64,000 bases of DNA from Camelus ferus. Taxonomy: Eukaryota. The notes under the pieces were generated by a model, which saw only the letters and a program-made list of their open reading frames with translations, ran no database searches and was not told the origin of the DNA. Below are positions 25,191-38,885 of the stretch, piece after piece (positions within the stretch are counted from its first letter, which is position 1; each line of letters starts with the position of its first letter). Location: NCBI RefSeq assembly GCF_009834535.1, contig NC_045696.1, positions 20,338,001 to 20,402,000 of the forward strand, given 5' to 3'. The position numbers and the translations under genes are program-made.

Positions 25191-26537
25191 TACAGTATCA
25201 CAGAAAGGTATCTGGTCTTTGACCCAGTTCCCAGCACAGAACTCCTAAAACTCTTGGAATTTTTTTGAGTGATAAGGGTGATGGGAGGGCCTTTTATTCT
25301 AATGGGGGGACTCTTGGGCTCCTGGATGGCTCTAGCTTTAGGATGGGAGCTGGTCACGAGAAAGACCACGCCTTGATTAGAAGCCTGGAAATTTCAGCCC
25401 TACTACTCAACCTATGAGGAGAGGAGAGGGATTGGAGATGGATTTAACCACCAATGGCCAATGAAATCTTTATACAAATCCTTAAACAACAAGGTTTGGA
25501 GAGCTTGTGGATTAGTGAACACACGGATGTGCAGGGATGGTGGCATACCTGGAGAGGACACGGCAGATCAGTCCATCAATTCCCCTATAGCTAAACTTCT
25601 GCATCTCTTCCAATTTGGCTATTCTTGAGTTATATTGTTACTGGAGAGCAGGTTCTTGTCCCATCACAGAAAGAATTCAGAGAAGAGACACAGAAGTCAA
25701 GAAAGCAAAGTGAGGATTTATTAAGTGATAGTACTCTCTCAAGGGGAGAGTGGAGAGACTCAGGTGAGTAGCTGCGCTGAGCTTCTTTGTCAAGCTCCAT
25801 ACATGCGGTGTAAAAATGTAAATGGGCAGAATATTCATTGAAGAGAGAGGAGTTTCAGGTTGTGTCCTGACTTTCATCCCAGCTCCACCTTCTGGAGGGA
25901 AGGAGGGTTTTTTGTCCTTATTTAGTCTTGATCAGAAGTGTCATGGCATCAGTGTGTGATGGGTACTTCTAATCTGCAAGGCTAATTTTATATAATGAGG
26001 GCACAATGAGCAAAAGGTTACATTCGGACATTAGAGATTCCAGGCTTATCCCACCTTTCTTTATCTGCCTCTAGGACACCTGCCAAACCAAAATATGTGG
26101 TTTCTTACCAGTCCAGATGTTCCTACTTTTCTTTGTCTGCCAAGGACCCCCGGTTGTTTGCAAGATGTATGGTTTCCTGACATTTGGCCCATGCCTCCTC
26201 TTCTCTGCTCATATCTAGCTACTGACAGATCTAACAGCATCCTTTAAAATAAATCAGCAAATGCAAGTCAAGTGTTTTCCTGGGTTCTGTGAGCCTTTCT
26301 AGCAAATTATCACATCTAAGGAGGGGTTTGGGGGGTACCTCCTGCAGGTCAGAAGTAAGGATGGCCCAGGGCTTGTTACTGGTGTCTGAAGTGTTGAACT
26401 TGAGCCTAAAGAGGCTGTGGAATCTGATGCTAAGTCAAAGTAGATAGTGTCAGAATTGAATTGAACTATTGGAGACTCTGTTGGTGTATCAGAGAATCTG
26501 AGAGTGGTTGGTATGGAGGGGAAAAAAAAAAACTTCA
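25191..26537 (+). mobile_element. 3' LTR (MER21-like), interrupted
   Basis: Follows the purine tract 'aaagacagggagtgg'; collinear with the 5' LTR on both sides of the insertion at 25636-26236. Confidence 0.85.
25636..26236 (-). mobile_element. ERV1 solo LTR nested in the 3' LTR
   Basis: TGTTA...TAACA termini; TSD atat/gcat, where the 5' LTR has gtat at the empty site; AATAAA on the minus strand ~25717. Confidence 0.85.
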
Positions 26538-27789
26538 ATAGTATAAAATCAAGGATTCAGTCTCTGTTAAATTTGGACAGTTTATAGCTTTTCTTTTTCC
26601 ATTTACAAGTACATCATTAATCCTGGTCCATTACATGAGTCCTGCTGGTCATAAGAGGGACTGAATAAAGAAAAGTATTAAAAATTGTTAAAAGCTATTC
26701 TCACCACTGAGAAAAAGAACTTTAAATACCAGCTCACTGGTAATGGGCTGGTAGTTCCAAATTAGCATATGAAGGACAGCATATTATTTTCACCTTTCAA
26801 GTACTTGAGACTATTATCATATCTTTAGACAACCGATGCTTAACTAAACAATACACTTCAGTTCCTGCAATTTTTTTTTATAACTTGGTGAATTGATTTC
26901 ATTAATCATTTCTGCTCTTCTCAGAACTATCTCCAAATTCCTGGACTTATCTGAATATTGAGATAAATAAAGCAGAAAGAAACAAATCTGGTGTCATCCA
27001 AGTCACAAACTTCAGGTAACAGATTCATTCTTATCTTTGATTTAGGAAACCACAGCCTGTCCATCAGTGATGATCAGAAACTACATGGTTTTCAATTGCT
27101 GTGCAGCCCAGCTATTGGTAGGTATGGGGTGAAAAGTACCCTTTCCTGTGGGCTCAGCTCCAGCTTCAGGAAAATCCAAGCCCTCACCTTTCCATGACAC
27201 ATGGAAGAAGTCCTTGTCTCAGATCAATCCCAATATAGACAGTCTTGCTATTAGTAGCTTGAAACTTACTACACCAAATTCTCTTTATCTAACCTCAGGA
27301 AGTAGTCTCTAAGTCTCCTCTGTAATTCTATGGCTGGATCTCAATCTCTTGTAGTTGTACTTCTATTCTTAAACATCAAGTTGTTTTTTTTCCCCCACAA
27401 AACAGTCATAACCTGCAGAACTATTAAGTACCAGATATTGTAGTGCCTGATGTACCTAGGTAACTTCATTTAGCACTCAGAGCAAAATATGGTGTAGCTA
27501 ATATTTCCCACTTCTTCTGGAGAAGTTAAATTAACAACTGTGATAATAACTACAGTTAAGTAACAAATGGTCAACAGGATCTCATCTAGATTGACTCTGT
27601 TCTTTCTTCTTTACTATCCTGCAGCTCTCACTCCATGGTCCACGTCCCAGTGTGTTCTTTGACAACGCTCATCTAGTTCTTTACTTCACGTGGTCATTTC
27701 CTGGTAGACAACAGAACCCTCAAAAATTTCATGAGCCTGCCCATAACTGAAACCACGGATGTATAACCCTTCTGTGTCTCTGGATTGTT

Positions 27790-27956
27790 AGGTTTTCCCC
27801 CCTGGTAACCATAAGTTTATATCCTACATCTGTGAGTCTGTTTCTACTTCGTACATAAGCTCATTTGTGTCATTTTTTTTGGATTCCACATATAAGTGAT
27901 ATCATATGGTATTTTTCTCTTTCTGGCTTGCTTCACTTAGTATGACAATCTCCAGG
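27790..27956 (-). mobile_element. Young cetartiodactyl/camelid-type L1 3' UTR fragment
   Basis: 'ccctggtaaccataagttt...tgtgagtctgtttct...gattccacatataagtgatatcatatggtattt'. Confidence 0.85.
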
Positions 27957-30900
27957 TAATCTGGGTTTTGACTGGCATTGTATTGAATCTGTAGACTATT
28001 TTGGAAAGTACTGCCATTTTAAGACTTATTAAGTAGTCTAATTCATGAATATTAGGTTTCTTTCTGATAATTTAATATGCTTTAATTTATTTAAAAATTT
28101 ATTTTAAAATTTCATTTCCAGACTCTTCATTGTTAATGTGTAGAAGTACAATTGAATTTTGTAATTTGATCTTGTATCCTGCAAACTTGTTAAACTCATT
28201 TATTAGTTCTAATCATGGATTATAACAGATGCCTTAGAAATCTGAATATAGAAGGTCATGTTATTTATAGTCACAAATATGATTTTGGATTTCTTTCCAA
28301 TTCATATGCCTCTTATTTCTTTTTATTGCCTAATTTCACTGCCTAGAAACTCTAGTCCAATGTTCAGTATAAGTGGCAAGAGTGGTTATCTTTGTCTTGT
28401 TCCTGATCTTAGAGGAAACCATTCAGTTTTTACCAATAAGAATAATTTAACTGTGGTATCTTATAGATGACCTTAACTATACAAGTTCCTTATTATTCCT
28501 AATATGTTCAGTGTTTATACTATGAAAAACCGTTGGGTTTTGTAAATTGCTTTTTCTGCTTGCATTGAGATGATTATGTGTGTCCTTTATTCCATAAATA
28601 TCATATAACATGGTTTTTTGGATGTTAAACCAACTTTATACTCTAAGGATAAATCTCACTTGTTCAAGTTGTATAATATTTTTTATATTTTGTTAAAGAT
28701 TTTTATCTCATAAGGGATATGTCTTCTGATATTTTTGTCTAGTTTTGGTTTCAGGATAATATTGGCCTCAAATAATAAGTTAGAAGTGTTTCATCTTCTA
28801 ACGTTTAGAAGATTTTGTGAATATTAATATTAGTTATTCTGTAAATATTTGGTGGAAATCAATAGGAAAGCTACGTGGGCCTTAGCTTTTCTTAGTAGGA
28901 AATTTAAAAATTATTAATCACTTGTTATAAAGCTACTAGTATTTTGAAATTCTTTTTGAATAAGTTTAACAACTAGTCTAGGATTTTGTTCATATCTTAA
29001 GTTATCTAATTTCTTGACACATAGTAGTTCATAGTATCTCTTACATTCTTTTATTTCTGTAAGGTCTATAGTTATGTGAACTCTTTCATTACTGATTTTA
29101 GTAATTTGAGTCTTTTTTTTCTTGATCATTATATATGCTTTTAAAGAAATTTTTTGCTCTTTTAAAAAAAAACTTTTGATTTCATTGTAACTGTCATTTT
29201 TCTATATTTTATTCCATTTATTTCCACAATAATGTTTATTAATTCTTTCCTTCTGCTTGTTTTGAGTTTAGTTTGGTTTCTTCTTTCTCTGATTTCCTAA
29301 TTAAAGTGAAAGATTTGGATATTTACTTGGTATCTTTTTTGTTTGTTTAAACAGTTGTTGGCAGCTGTAAGTTTCCTTCTTAACATTTATCATCTGTAAC
29401 CCACCAGCTTGTTATGTCATGGGTTTGTGTTATTTACACTGCAGTACTTTCAATTTTCCAAATGTATTATTTGACTCATTATTTACTGTGGAATGTGTTG
29501 TTTATTTTTAACTTATATAATCATATATGTTTAAAGAAGGTAAGAGAATTAGTATATATTTAAACCATTTATTATACTAATATACTTATTTACCATATCT
29601 ATTTTTTCATTTCTTTATGTAGATTTTTCTCATCTGGTATCATTTTCTTATCTATATAACTTTGTTTTCAGCTGCCTCTGTTGTGCTCTCATTGTCAAAT
29701 ATGTTATATTTCTAAATTGTATAAGCTCAAGAATACAATTATATATCTTTCTTGTGCAATTGTTTTTTAAATATATCAAGAGAAAAATGGAGGAGTGCAT
29801 AATTATAATGTATTTTTTAAATCACCTACAAAATTTCCTTTACTGGAGCTTTTTTCTTTTTTAAAAATATGAATTTGGTTTACTCTCATGTCAAGCTGAA
29901 GAACTTCCCTAGTATTTGTGATAGAGAAGATCTGATAGTAACAAATATTTTAAGCTGCTGTTTATGTAGGAATATTATTATTTCACCTTTTATTGAAAGA
30001 TATTTTCCTGACTAAAATATTTTTGGCAGACTTTTTTTTTTTCCTGTATCACTTTGAATATGTCATTCTGCTACCTTGTGCAGTTCATTGTTTCCTATGA
30101 GAAGTCAGCTGTTAATCATACTGGGATCTCTTTGTTGTGATGAATCATTTTCTATTCCTGCTTTCAAGATTTTTTCTTTGTCACTGATTTTCAACAATTT
30201 GACTATGATATGTCTGAGTGTGGACCTTTTTATATGAACACATATAATGTGTTGAGATTTTTGGATTTGTAGATAGATATTTTTCATCAGATTTGGGAAA
30301 ATTTTTGGCCATTATGTCCTTGAATATTTTTCATATCGCCTTCTCTCTTACCAAACCTATATCCCCACTATGCACATATTGCTGTACTTTTTCACATTTC
30401 TCCCAGGCACTGTTTATTTTCATTCTTTATTTTTTCCTGTTCATCATATTGCAAGACCTTTATTAATCTATCTTTAATGTTGCTGATTCTTTTTTCCTGC
30501 CAGCTCAAATTTACTGTTGAGACCCTCAAGTAAATGTTTTATTTTATTAACTGTAATTTTCAACTCCAGAGTTTCAATTTGGTTCCTATTTATAATGTCT
30601 CTCTCTTTACTGATACTCCTTATTTGATGAGACATTCTTCAGATGTATCTACCTTCAGGTCTTTGAACATATTTTATAGTGGTCACTTTGAAACCTTTGT
30701 CTGACAAGTCCAACATCTAGGCTTCATCAAAAACTGTTTCTATTATCTTTTTTCTTTTTTTCTTTCTATTTATGAGCCATACTTTCCTCTCTTTGTATGT
30801 ATTAATTTTTTATTGACCCCCCCCAGGGGGTGTTTGTTATAGTGTTGTTGTTGCTTCCTTGGTCATGTGTTTAGTAACTTGGCTAAACTACCTCTGTAGA

Positions 30901-32450
30901 GTCTATTCTTCTCATAATATGTAGCATCTAATGACTTTAATCAGATTTTTTTTTTCTTGTCTTTATCTTTTAGTGTTGTGGTCTTTTAGGTACCTAGTGG
31001 TCACACCTGGGTCATGTAAGCCACTTGCTGGTCAAAGATTGTGCTTAAATATCCTTAGCCAGTTAGACTTTTATCCTTAACACATTTTATTATTAGATAT
31101 GTGTCTGGCATAGAGGGTGTTATCACAGTTTAAGGACATATGATCTTGTCCCATGTTCATCTTGCAACTAATCATTTAGATTTTTCCTCTCTGATCATTC
31201 CTAAGAGGTCACAGCCTAAGTAAGGCATGCACATAGTCTTTTACTCTTCCAGGAATGGGTGCAATTTTGTTTCTAATCCTGGCTGTCTAAGATGTGCCAC
31301 TGAGTCAGAGGAACTTCTTGTTCAGCCAGTGATTTGTCAGAATTGTGCTTAAGTCTCTTGTGCCAGTGAGGCTTCTTCCCTTTTTAGATGGATCTTAGTG
31401 TAACATGGAGAATGTTTTCAAATCTACCGCATATCCAGCTCTGATTGCTTCTGATCTGGTGCAGCCTAGCATTGCACACAACACTCCTGATCCCCGTGTT
31501 GCCTGTTACACCAGTGAAGGCTCTTCAACACTGTCTCCTCCCTGGGTTCTGTTAAATTTCTGGTGCTTCTTCACGTTACTTGTTGCTATTAGTATCACGG
31601 TGCTTTCAGTGCGTTCTTAATTGCTTCCCTCTAAGGTCTTTGTGGGTTTTGACAGCGAATTGAATGGAGTTCTTTGAGCTTTGTTACCAATAAAGTCAGT
31701 CCCTTTAGGCACAGTTGTAGAACTCTAAATAATTATGGCTTGCCTCTATCCTACTCAGTATCTTTGCAGGTCTACTGAGGAGCTGGTGGTGAGCCAATGG
31801 CCCACTACACTTAGAGTGACACCCCAGTTCAATGAACTGGCACTGGTGGCAGTTGGTAACTCTTAGTTGTCTTGGTTTGCCTTTCCCTGCATGTAAACTC
31901 TGCCCTCTGAGCAAGCTGGAGCTGAGACAATTGTATGCAATGTTTTTGACCCATCATATCTAGAATGGATCTCGCATGCTACAGTTAGGGCCTGAGTAGG
32001 GGTAGGGAGCTTCCATCTTCTCCGTTCTGTTTTTGAATAGAGCTTCTACAAAATAGGACTAGTGTGATGACAAATGGCAGCTACCTATCTCTTCTGAGGT
32101 GAAACTCAAGCCTTCAAATGAAGCTGGAGTAAGGAGCCCCATCTTAATGTCTATACCCACCCGGGGTAGAGCATAAGAGTAGAGTTTCCATATATGGAAC
32201 TGTGAGGTGGGAAACAGAGTAGGTCATGGCTTAAATGCTACATTCTCAAGCTATTCTTATTGAGATTTAGACTTTGATGAACACGTGTTTTTCCATTTGC
32301 TTTATGCCCTTAAGACAATTTCCAGAGACTTTAAATGATGGAGGGGTTTTGTTTGTTTGTGTCTTATAATTTTCTCCAGTTAACAGGTTGTTTTGTTGGG
32401 GGTAGAGTTTACTGCATTACTCACTCTTTCATTCCCAGATTACCACTTCC
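27957..32450 (-). mobile_element. Old L1M element: 5' region, ORF1 and partial ORF2
   Basis: ORF 30105-30287 (RSTLRHIIVKLLKISDKEKILKA) is L1 ORF1p-like; ORF 28914-29129 (KTQITKISNER.ITIDLTEIK..YYE.L..KKLDNL) is ORF2p-like; degraded, with deletions. Confidence 0.85.
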
Positions 32451-33149
32451 ATAATCATAATTCCTTGCACTGATTTCATATTGCTAAAATTTTAAAACAT
32501 ACTGACATTTATTTCTTGTTTAAATCGTATATTGAACTGACTTAAAGAAACTGTCAAAAAAAATGATGGTGACATATTATTAAATACACAAGAATTTTCC
32601 TGCCAAAAATTAAGTAAATGTAAAACATCATTTAAAAGTAAATATTTGAATACACATTTCATACAGCTTTATGTTTTCATTAGGGCTCTTTTGAAATAGC
32701 TTAATGTCTCAGATCTCTTTTTTCATTTTTGCCCTAGTGAAATATATAATTATCCAATTCTATTGAAAAAAGATGCTTAAATATTTTTTCCTGAAATCAT
32801 TGTGAAAAGTCAAGAATTGTAAGGGTTGCAACAGAGGGTCACATCAAGAATTTTTTTAAAATAGTGTTTATGTCAGTAGTAATCACCAAAATGGGTGCGA
32901 TTAAAAACTAAACCAACCACCACTGTTAAGTAGGTAATGGCTACTTTTATGTGACTATTATATAACATACTTGAAGAAAATTCCCTATGTACATTAAGTA
33001 TCTGCACATTATTTGGGGTCCAGATCAAATGTGGGGCTTTTTGTCACTCTGTACTCTTTTTCCCTTTTCATCATAGGTCTCTAAATTTCTTGCTGAATGA
33101 CAGAGTCAAAGAACTTAAAAAAAAAAAAAAAAAGCCATATCATCTGATT

Positions 33150-33250
33150 TAACTGCTTTATTTTATAAATATGAAAAACTATATTCTAGAGAGGAAAAAT
33201 TAAAGGTCATACATCTTTTAATGCAAGTCTGGAACTTGAATTCCCTTACC
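33150..33250 (-). mobile_element. MIR fragment
   Basis: 'attttataaatatgaaaaact...aaggtcatac...ctggaacttgaattc'. Confidence 0.5.
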
Positions 33251-35794
33251 CCTTCCCAATGCATAATTCACTCTGGATGCTGCTTCTCCCAAAAAATAGC
33301 AGAAGGTGATGGGAAATGAACTCAAGCCACAGAATCAAAACAGCACCTTCTTCACTTATTTCCCTCTCCAGCTGCTGTTTCAGATCTGAAATGGAGTTAA
33401 GACTGCAGAATGGGTTCTGTCTATGTTGGACACTGTTTTCGCTCACATTTTCTGAAAATCCCATATACTTCTGGAAGATTATTTTTCTTTAACTTTTTTT
33501 AAAGGGGAGAGGGGTAGTAGGGAGACTTTCCTAGTACTTTTGCAATTCTGAATAAGAACTACAGGCAATAAAAGAAGAAACAAGTGTTCATAGTTGAAGG
33601 ATCTCTCCCAAAGGTCACAAGATTAAGTTAAAAAAAAAAAAAAACAAAAAAACAAAAACAGAAAGGGGTAAGGTTTACTGAGGACAAATTGCTTTAAAAA
33701 TTGGGGATGTGTGAGATTTTTACCTTAAAAGTATATCTTTCTCACAAGTTAAAATTTCTTTCCATGATTAGAAAAAAAGTATACATTTAATGTAGAGAAT
33801 TACTTTTGATCAGTGTTTCTAGTTTATGTAGTGCAATTCAAATATTTAAAATAATATTCATGTTCTACATCATTTAAACATATTTATGTCAACAAATAAC
33901 TCATACACAGATTACCTCTGACAATGGTGTATATCATTCACTGAAAATTTAATCTGTTTTGGTAGTTTTTTTAAAGAGAAAAAAATAAATAATCTTTAAA
34001 CAATTTCCAGTGTGCTTTTGGGGCCTGTCTTAATATGAAATTGTGTGATGCTTGTTCCTTTCCTAAAATCTCAGTGGGAATCCTCAGTCATTCACTGCAG
34101 TGATTAGATCTTAGTTTTGTGGCAGGTTGAAACACTTTAAATCAGGATAGAGGAGGTGAAGAAAGCTCTGTTAGCTAAACAGATACCTTGTGTATGGCAA
34201 GACACTCTTCTGTTTATGGACTTCAGAGAGAATTCTTTGTACATTATACAAGCCCACATGGTGAAGAACAAAGATGGGATTTCAAAGACTGACATCTTTT
34301 GTGATAGAAGAAAAAGCATTTTTTCTTTCCAGTTGAATATTTCTAAGAAAGATTAATAGGTAGAGAAAAAAATCATCTTCAGAAAAGATCAGAGCTTGAG
34401 CTATGCTGTTTGTGCTTCATGGTTTTATACATCCCCTCAGTGAGAGTGGGCTGTGCATGGAGAAGGTTTTTTTTTCCCCAAAAAACTATCCATTGCATAA
34501 AATTAATTGACAAACACAGCCATATCTGACAGTGAAATCTGCAGTTTAGTGGGGTGGGCACATATACTGTATGTACTCTACTTTGTAAAAATATTCCCCA
34601 GCTGCTTTCCTTTGGCTGATAAGGACACATCTTCCTCTTCTGCTATCATTCTCTTTTACTCTTTCCCTGAGTCATTACTATACCCTCAAATACACATTTT
34701 CAAGCACTTCTGAAGGATTATGTTCACAGTGCGCCCCGTCTCAACATGATTTCTTGCAGCTTCTACAATCAGACCCACCTTCCTTCTTACCATCCACTTT
34801 GCTTCCTTTGCCTGTGAAGGCTTTAAATATTCTAAGTCATCTCAGACTGTGTAATCTATTAAAAATCAAGCTTCTCCTGACAATTTCTGTAACAATAATG
34901 TTCTATTTTCTGCCCTTTTAATATAATTACCAGCATGAATTATCTCACGCCTGACATTTGGACCTGTATAATATACGCCTGTCAGGATTGGACTTTAAAA
35001 TATATATTCACAGTAGAGTTTAACCTACTGTAAAGTAGGTTCCTTAGCATTGTCACTGCATCTTACTTTATACATACTATTCATAAATAATCATGAAGAG
35101 CACTTCTGTAGCCAAGGACAAGTGACAGGTTTTAGGAAGAACTTAGTTGAGTAAATAGTGTTGTGGATATATTATAAAATCAGTGTATCTACTTTTATTT
35201 ATTTATTTTTGGCAAATAGAATTCTAGGAATTCTAGGAAGTTCTAAGAAACGTCATATACAGTCCTAAATATGTTTCAATCAGTGAACTAAGAAATCTCC
35301 CTGATTCTTATTTGTGAAAAACATTTAGAGTTAGAAATAATTTCATTATTAAGATGTATATAGCAGCCTCCTTGCTAAAAGAAAATAAAGCAAAAAAAAT
35401 GAACTAGACATACAAAACTAAAAACACACACATCTACAAAAGTAATGTGGCCAGATTATATGAAGAGTAGCGCACCAGATCTTAAGAGAGAGGTGCTAAA
35501 AGTGGAACCACATGTCTCAGGCTCCATTATCTCCCCTTCCTTAAATGGATGCAATTATTTTCACAGGGGACATCGTCATTTCCCATTCTTCTTGGTGATG
35601 GGCAGTTGTCTCAGCAGCAGAAGGCATTTAAACCAAAAAGAGGAAAAAAACAATCTGAAAACAAATCAGTATAATAAATGAAATATATAAAATGCTAGGC
35701 TAAAGGATCCAGGAAGAGATTTGTAAAATAAGAAACAGAGGCCCAGAAAAAAATAAAAGGACAAATTTTCAAGCTCATAGATTTTTATGTATGC

Positions 35795-36247
35795 TCTAGG
35801 GGCAGAAAAATTATCCCTTCTCCCCTTCTAAGTTCTTTGACTGGGCTAATAATTAAATTGACATAAGACAGGTTAACAGAAAAAAAATTAATTTCATACC
35901 TAGAGGAGCCCCAAAGATAAGAGATCCAAAGGCAGTCAAATAGTTGAAGCTTATACACCACCCTGAGCTGCGCACTGGGATAGGTGCCTGGGGCTTCAAA
36001 GGGGAAGAGGGTAATTCACAGGACAGTAAGAAAAGTAGATGTTTGCCCTGCCATGTAGGTAAGTGCTTTAGATAGAAAGTAATCTCCGGTAATAGCTCTC
36101 TCTCTGGGCCAGGCCATCTGTCTAAATTCTGCCAGGCAGGAGAGGTAAAAGCTTTTTCCTGAATCTGCTGGGTCTTCATTGCCTTCCCCTGAAAATATCC
36201 ACACGCCAAAGTGGCACATTTGGCATGGCAAATTCTGTCTCTCTCCA
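35795..36247 (-). mobile_element. ERV1 solo LTR (MER34/MER39-like)
   Basis: Reverse complement of family motifs, 'acgccaaagtggcacatttgg' and 'ttaaattgacataagacaggttaacaga'; related to 6601-7111. Confidence 0.8.
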
Positions 36248-36616
36248 TAGCCAGTTCATAAATTTACTCACATTAACATTCAGATATACAGGGAATGTGT
36301 ATTTCATTTTATTCTCTAACATTTCTCTTTTATCTGCACCCTTCTCATAACAAATCTTCTGCAAACAGAAGGAATGAAGGAAAATAATTTTAGCAAAGGT
36401 CAATTTAAAAGTTGGTCTGATCCATTAATTTAAACAGGATCTTGAGGTTGAAGTCAGTGCCTTAGAGGTAATTCAATCTTAAGGTCTCTCCCTTTCCCCC
36501 TCGCCCCTCTCACAGGTGGGATTAGAGAGATGAGGAAAAGGCTCCTAAGACTTTGAGGCACTAGGAGAAAGGGAACCCTCTCACCTTATTCCCTAGGCTA
36601 GTTTTTGGACGGATAC

Positions 36617-37312
36617 TGTCAAATAAAAACAGACCTGAACTTCAGGAAGGAAGAACTTATTCAAAAGGCTTACTGCAATAAGGGGAAGAGGATTACTTTG
36701 ATGGGGTAGAGGCACCCTTACAGTAGGGGCAGAGGGAAGACTGAAATACGGAAAAGCTGCCAGGACATCTATACTTGTATCAAATGGCAACAGAAAAGGG
36801 CTTTCCCTAGTCAGGGAGGAGTAAACAAGACTAGAAGAAATGTGTGTGGGGAAGTGGGATGAGTGGTGGTGTGACAGGACAGGTGATGAGGGGAAATTTT
36901 CCCCTGAGGTCAGCCCATTCTCAGGGGAGGCTGTGAAGGAAGAGTTGTCCAGCATTGCAATGATCGAAAATGGGTGAAGGTTTAGGGGACTGGGGAAAGA
37001 GAGATGCCTGACTAAAGTCTGTTCAAGTTAGCAAGCATTATTGTCCAGATTGCTCAGTGGAGATAAGCAGTTCAATTTGCCATTTAAGAGACAAAGAATG
37101 AGAATCTGGAGAGAGTTAGTGTGGTCTTGCCATAGTTAAATTGGGGATTACACATGGGTCTTGTCTAAATATGGTAATTCTTTGCATGGGTCCTGTCTAC
37201 ATACATATGGTGATTCTTTGCAGTCAGCTGTTTAGGGGAGCACAGAAAAGTTGTGGGAATTTCTTGACTGTTGCTGTTTTTGGGGCTTATGGGATTCTGG
37301 TAAAGTTCAACA
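36617..37312 (-). mobile_element. ERV1 solo LTR (MER90/MER110-like)
   Basis: TGTCAA...TTCAACA termini; polyA-like signal near the left end on the minus strand; internal ~33-bp duplication at 37153-37222. Confidence 0.7.
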
Positions 37313-37439
37313 CTGTCAACCAAGTGTAACTTCGTCAGCAAATGCTGCAAATACCCTTGGCTGGTGGGCTTGCACTTTCTCAGCTTAGTCAGGGCTGAGA
37401 GAACGATGTCAGATGTCTCAGTTTCCTATTGCCTGTTGT

Positions 37440-37935
37440 TGGTGCTGAAAACCACAGTGAGTATGCTCACATGATTCTAATCCCATTTCCCATGTGGGGG
37501 TAGAGATTTTCCCATAGATTCAATTCTCTGACACCAGCTGGACATCCTATAATTCAACTCAATTCTGACACTCTCTACTTGGACATAGTGTCAGATTCCA
37601 TAGGTTAAGGGCTCAGAGCTGCAGGACTTCAAATTATAATTATAAGTCCAGGTTGTTACCTGTATTACTGACCCACCCTCTAAAGATTGGAGGTTCCAAA
37701 AGCCCTTTCCTTCAGTATGACTCAATTGCTAGAGCAGCTCACAAAACTCAGAGAAACATTTTACTTACTAGATTATCAGTTTATTATAAAAAGATACAAC
37801 TCAGGTAGAGCCAGATGGGCCAGATGCATAGAGCAACTTACAGGGAAAAGGCAGGGAGCTGCCTTGCTCTCTCAAAGCTTGTCACTCTCCCCAGATCTCC
37901 ATCTATTCACTAACCTGGAAATTCTCTGAACCCTG
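37440..37935 (-). mobile_element. MER21-like LTR, partial
   Basis: 'ctgacaccagctgg...caattctgacact...tcagattccataggttaagggctcag...ctcacaaaactcagagaaaca'; same family as the provirus LTRs. Confidence 0.8.
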
Positions 37936-38885
37936 CTTACTGTGTGATTTGATTCGAAAATAAAAAAGAAAGAAAAAGAACACCTTCATTCATGGTAAAA
38001 AAAATTTCTAAGTTCTTGTTGCGTCTCAGGCAATGTACCAGGAGTTTCCTATGACCTTGGTAGAAGAAATATATGCATAACAATAGCTTTTCTTTCACTT
38101 GGTTTGGAGAATTATAGATACTATAAATCATATAGCCATAAAAATAAATATATAATTAAATAATTTGCTAAGGCCAATGAAGAGTAAATCAGTCTAGAAT
38201 TCAGGGACACTGTAATTAAAGACTTTAGTCAGTGTCAAGAAAGGTTCCATAAGGGTGTGGCAATTCAGTTGACATCAGAAATCACAGAAGACATGTGGGC
38301 TACAGTTAAAACTTTGTGATTCAGTAGCATAAAATTAAAAGCAAAAGCCTTCCATATGTCAAGAGGTTGCTCTAGAATGAGAGGAAAATGAGATGCAAAA
38401 CAAAGTCATTCATAATCATATGATGAAGTGGAATTTTCAAGACTGAACAAGGTTTTTCTCATTGGTGGGTGAAAAAAAATGTATGCAAGTATGTTAAATT
38501 ATCTCCTTAAAATTCCAAATGCAATTGTACAATTGGGAATTTTTTGGATTTTTGAAATAGTTAACAAATATTCTCAGGCAATAGTTGAACAAATTTTTAG
38601 TGATCTTGAATTTCAGACAATAATAAATACGCAGGAAACCAATTTTTTTCTTTTGGTCTCAGAAGTAGAGAGTATGTGTGTGTGTGTGGGGTTAGGGAGT
38701 GGGGGTGGTTACTTCTCAACAAACTGGGAGCCCCTTTTAATTTATGGCCTCTTGGCTCTCATTTCTGTCTATACTGAGAATGAGGTTAGCTTTACAAATA
38801 CATATTTCATGTTGTAAAATTGGTAAGTTTCCAATTTATTAAAATAATTTACTATCACCTGCAAATACCTGTTGTAGAAATAGAG

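Larger units (their letters stand above)
19055..26537 (+). mobile_element. Degenerate ERV-L-class provirus with MER21-like LTRs, RT core deleted, three nested insertions
   Basis: Two homologous direct-repeat LTRs, a Leu-tRNA-like PBS, a polypurine tract before the 3' LTR, and gag/pro/RNaseH/IN remnants in order. Confidence 0.85.

Noticed and set aside
19050..26543. TSD for the ERV-L provirus (cggta vs atagt/tagta)
   Set aside because: Needs two or more mismatches in 5 bp and an offset, so it is not supportable.
31020..31400. ~300-bp-spaced repeat 'attgtgcttaa...gccagt.ag.ctt'
   Set aside because: Lies in the L1M 5' region, where internal repeats are expected.
34120..34356. Possible coding exon after 'ttttgtggcag'
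   Set aside because: Peptide not recognised, early stop in the frame checked after the AG, and no convincing partner exons.
37565..37595. Short inverted repeat tctgacact...agtgtcaga
   Set aside because: Internal feature of the MER21-like LTR.
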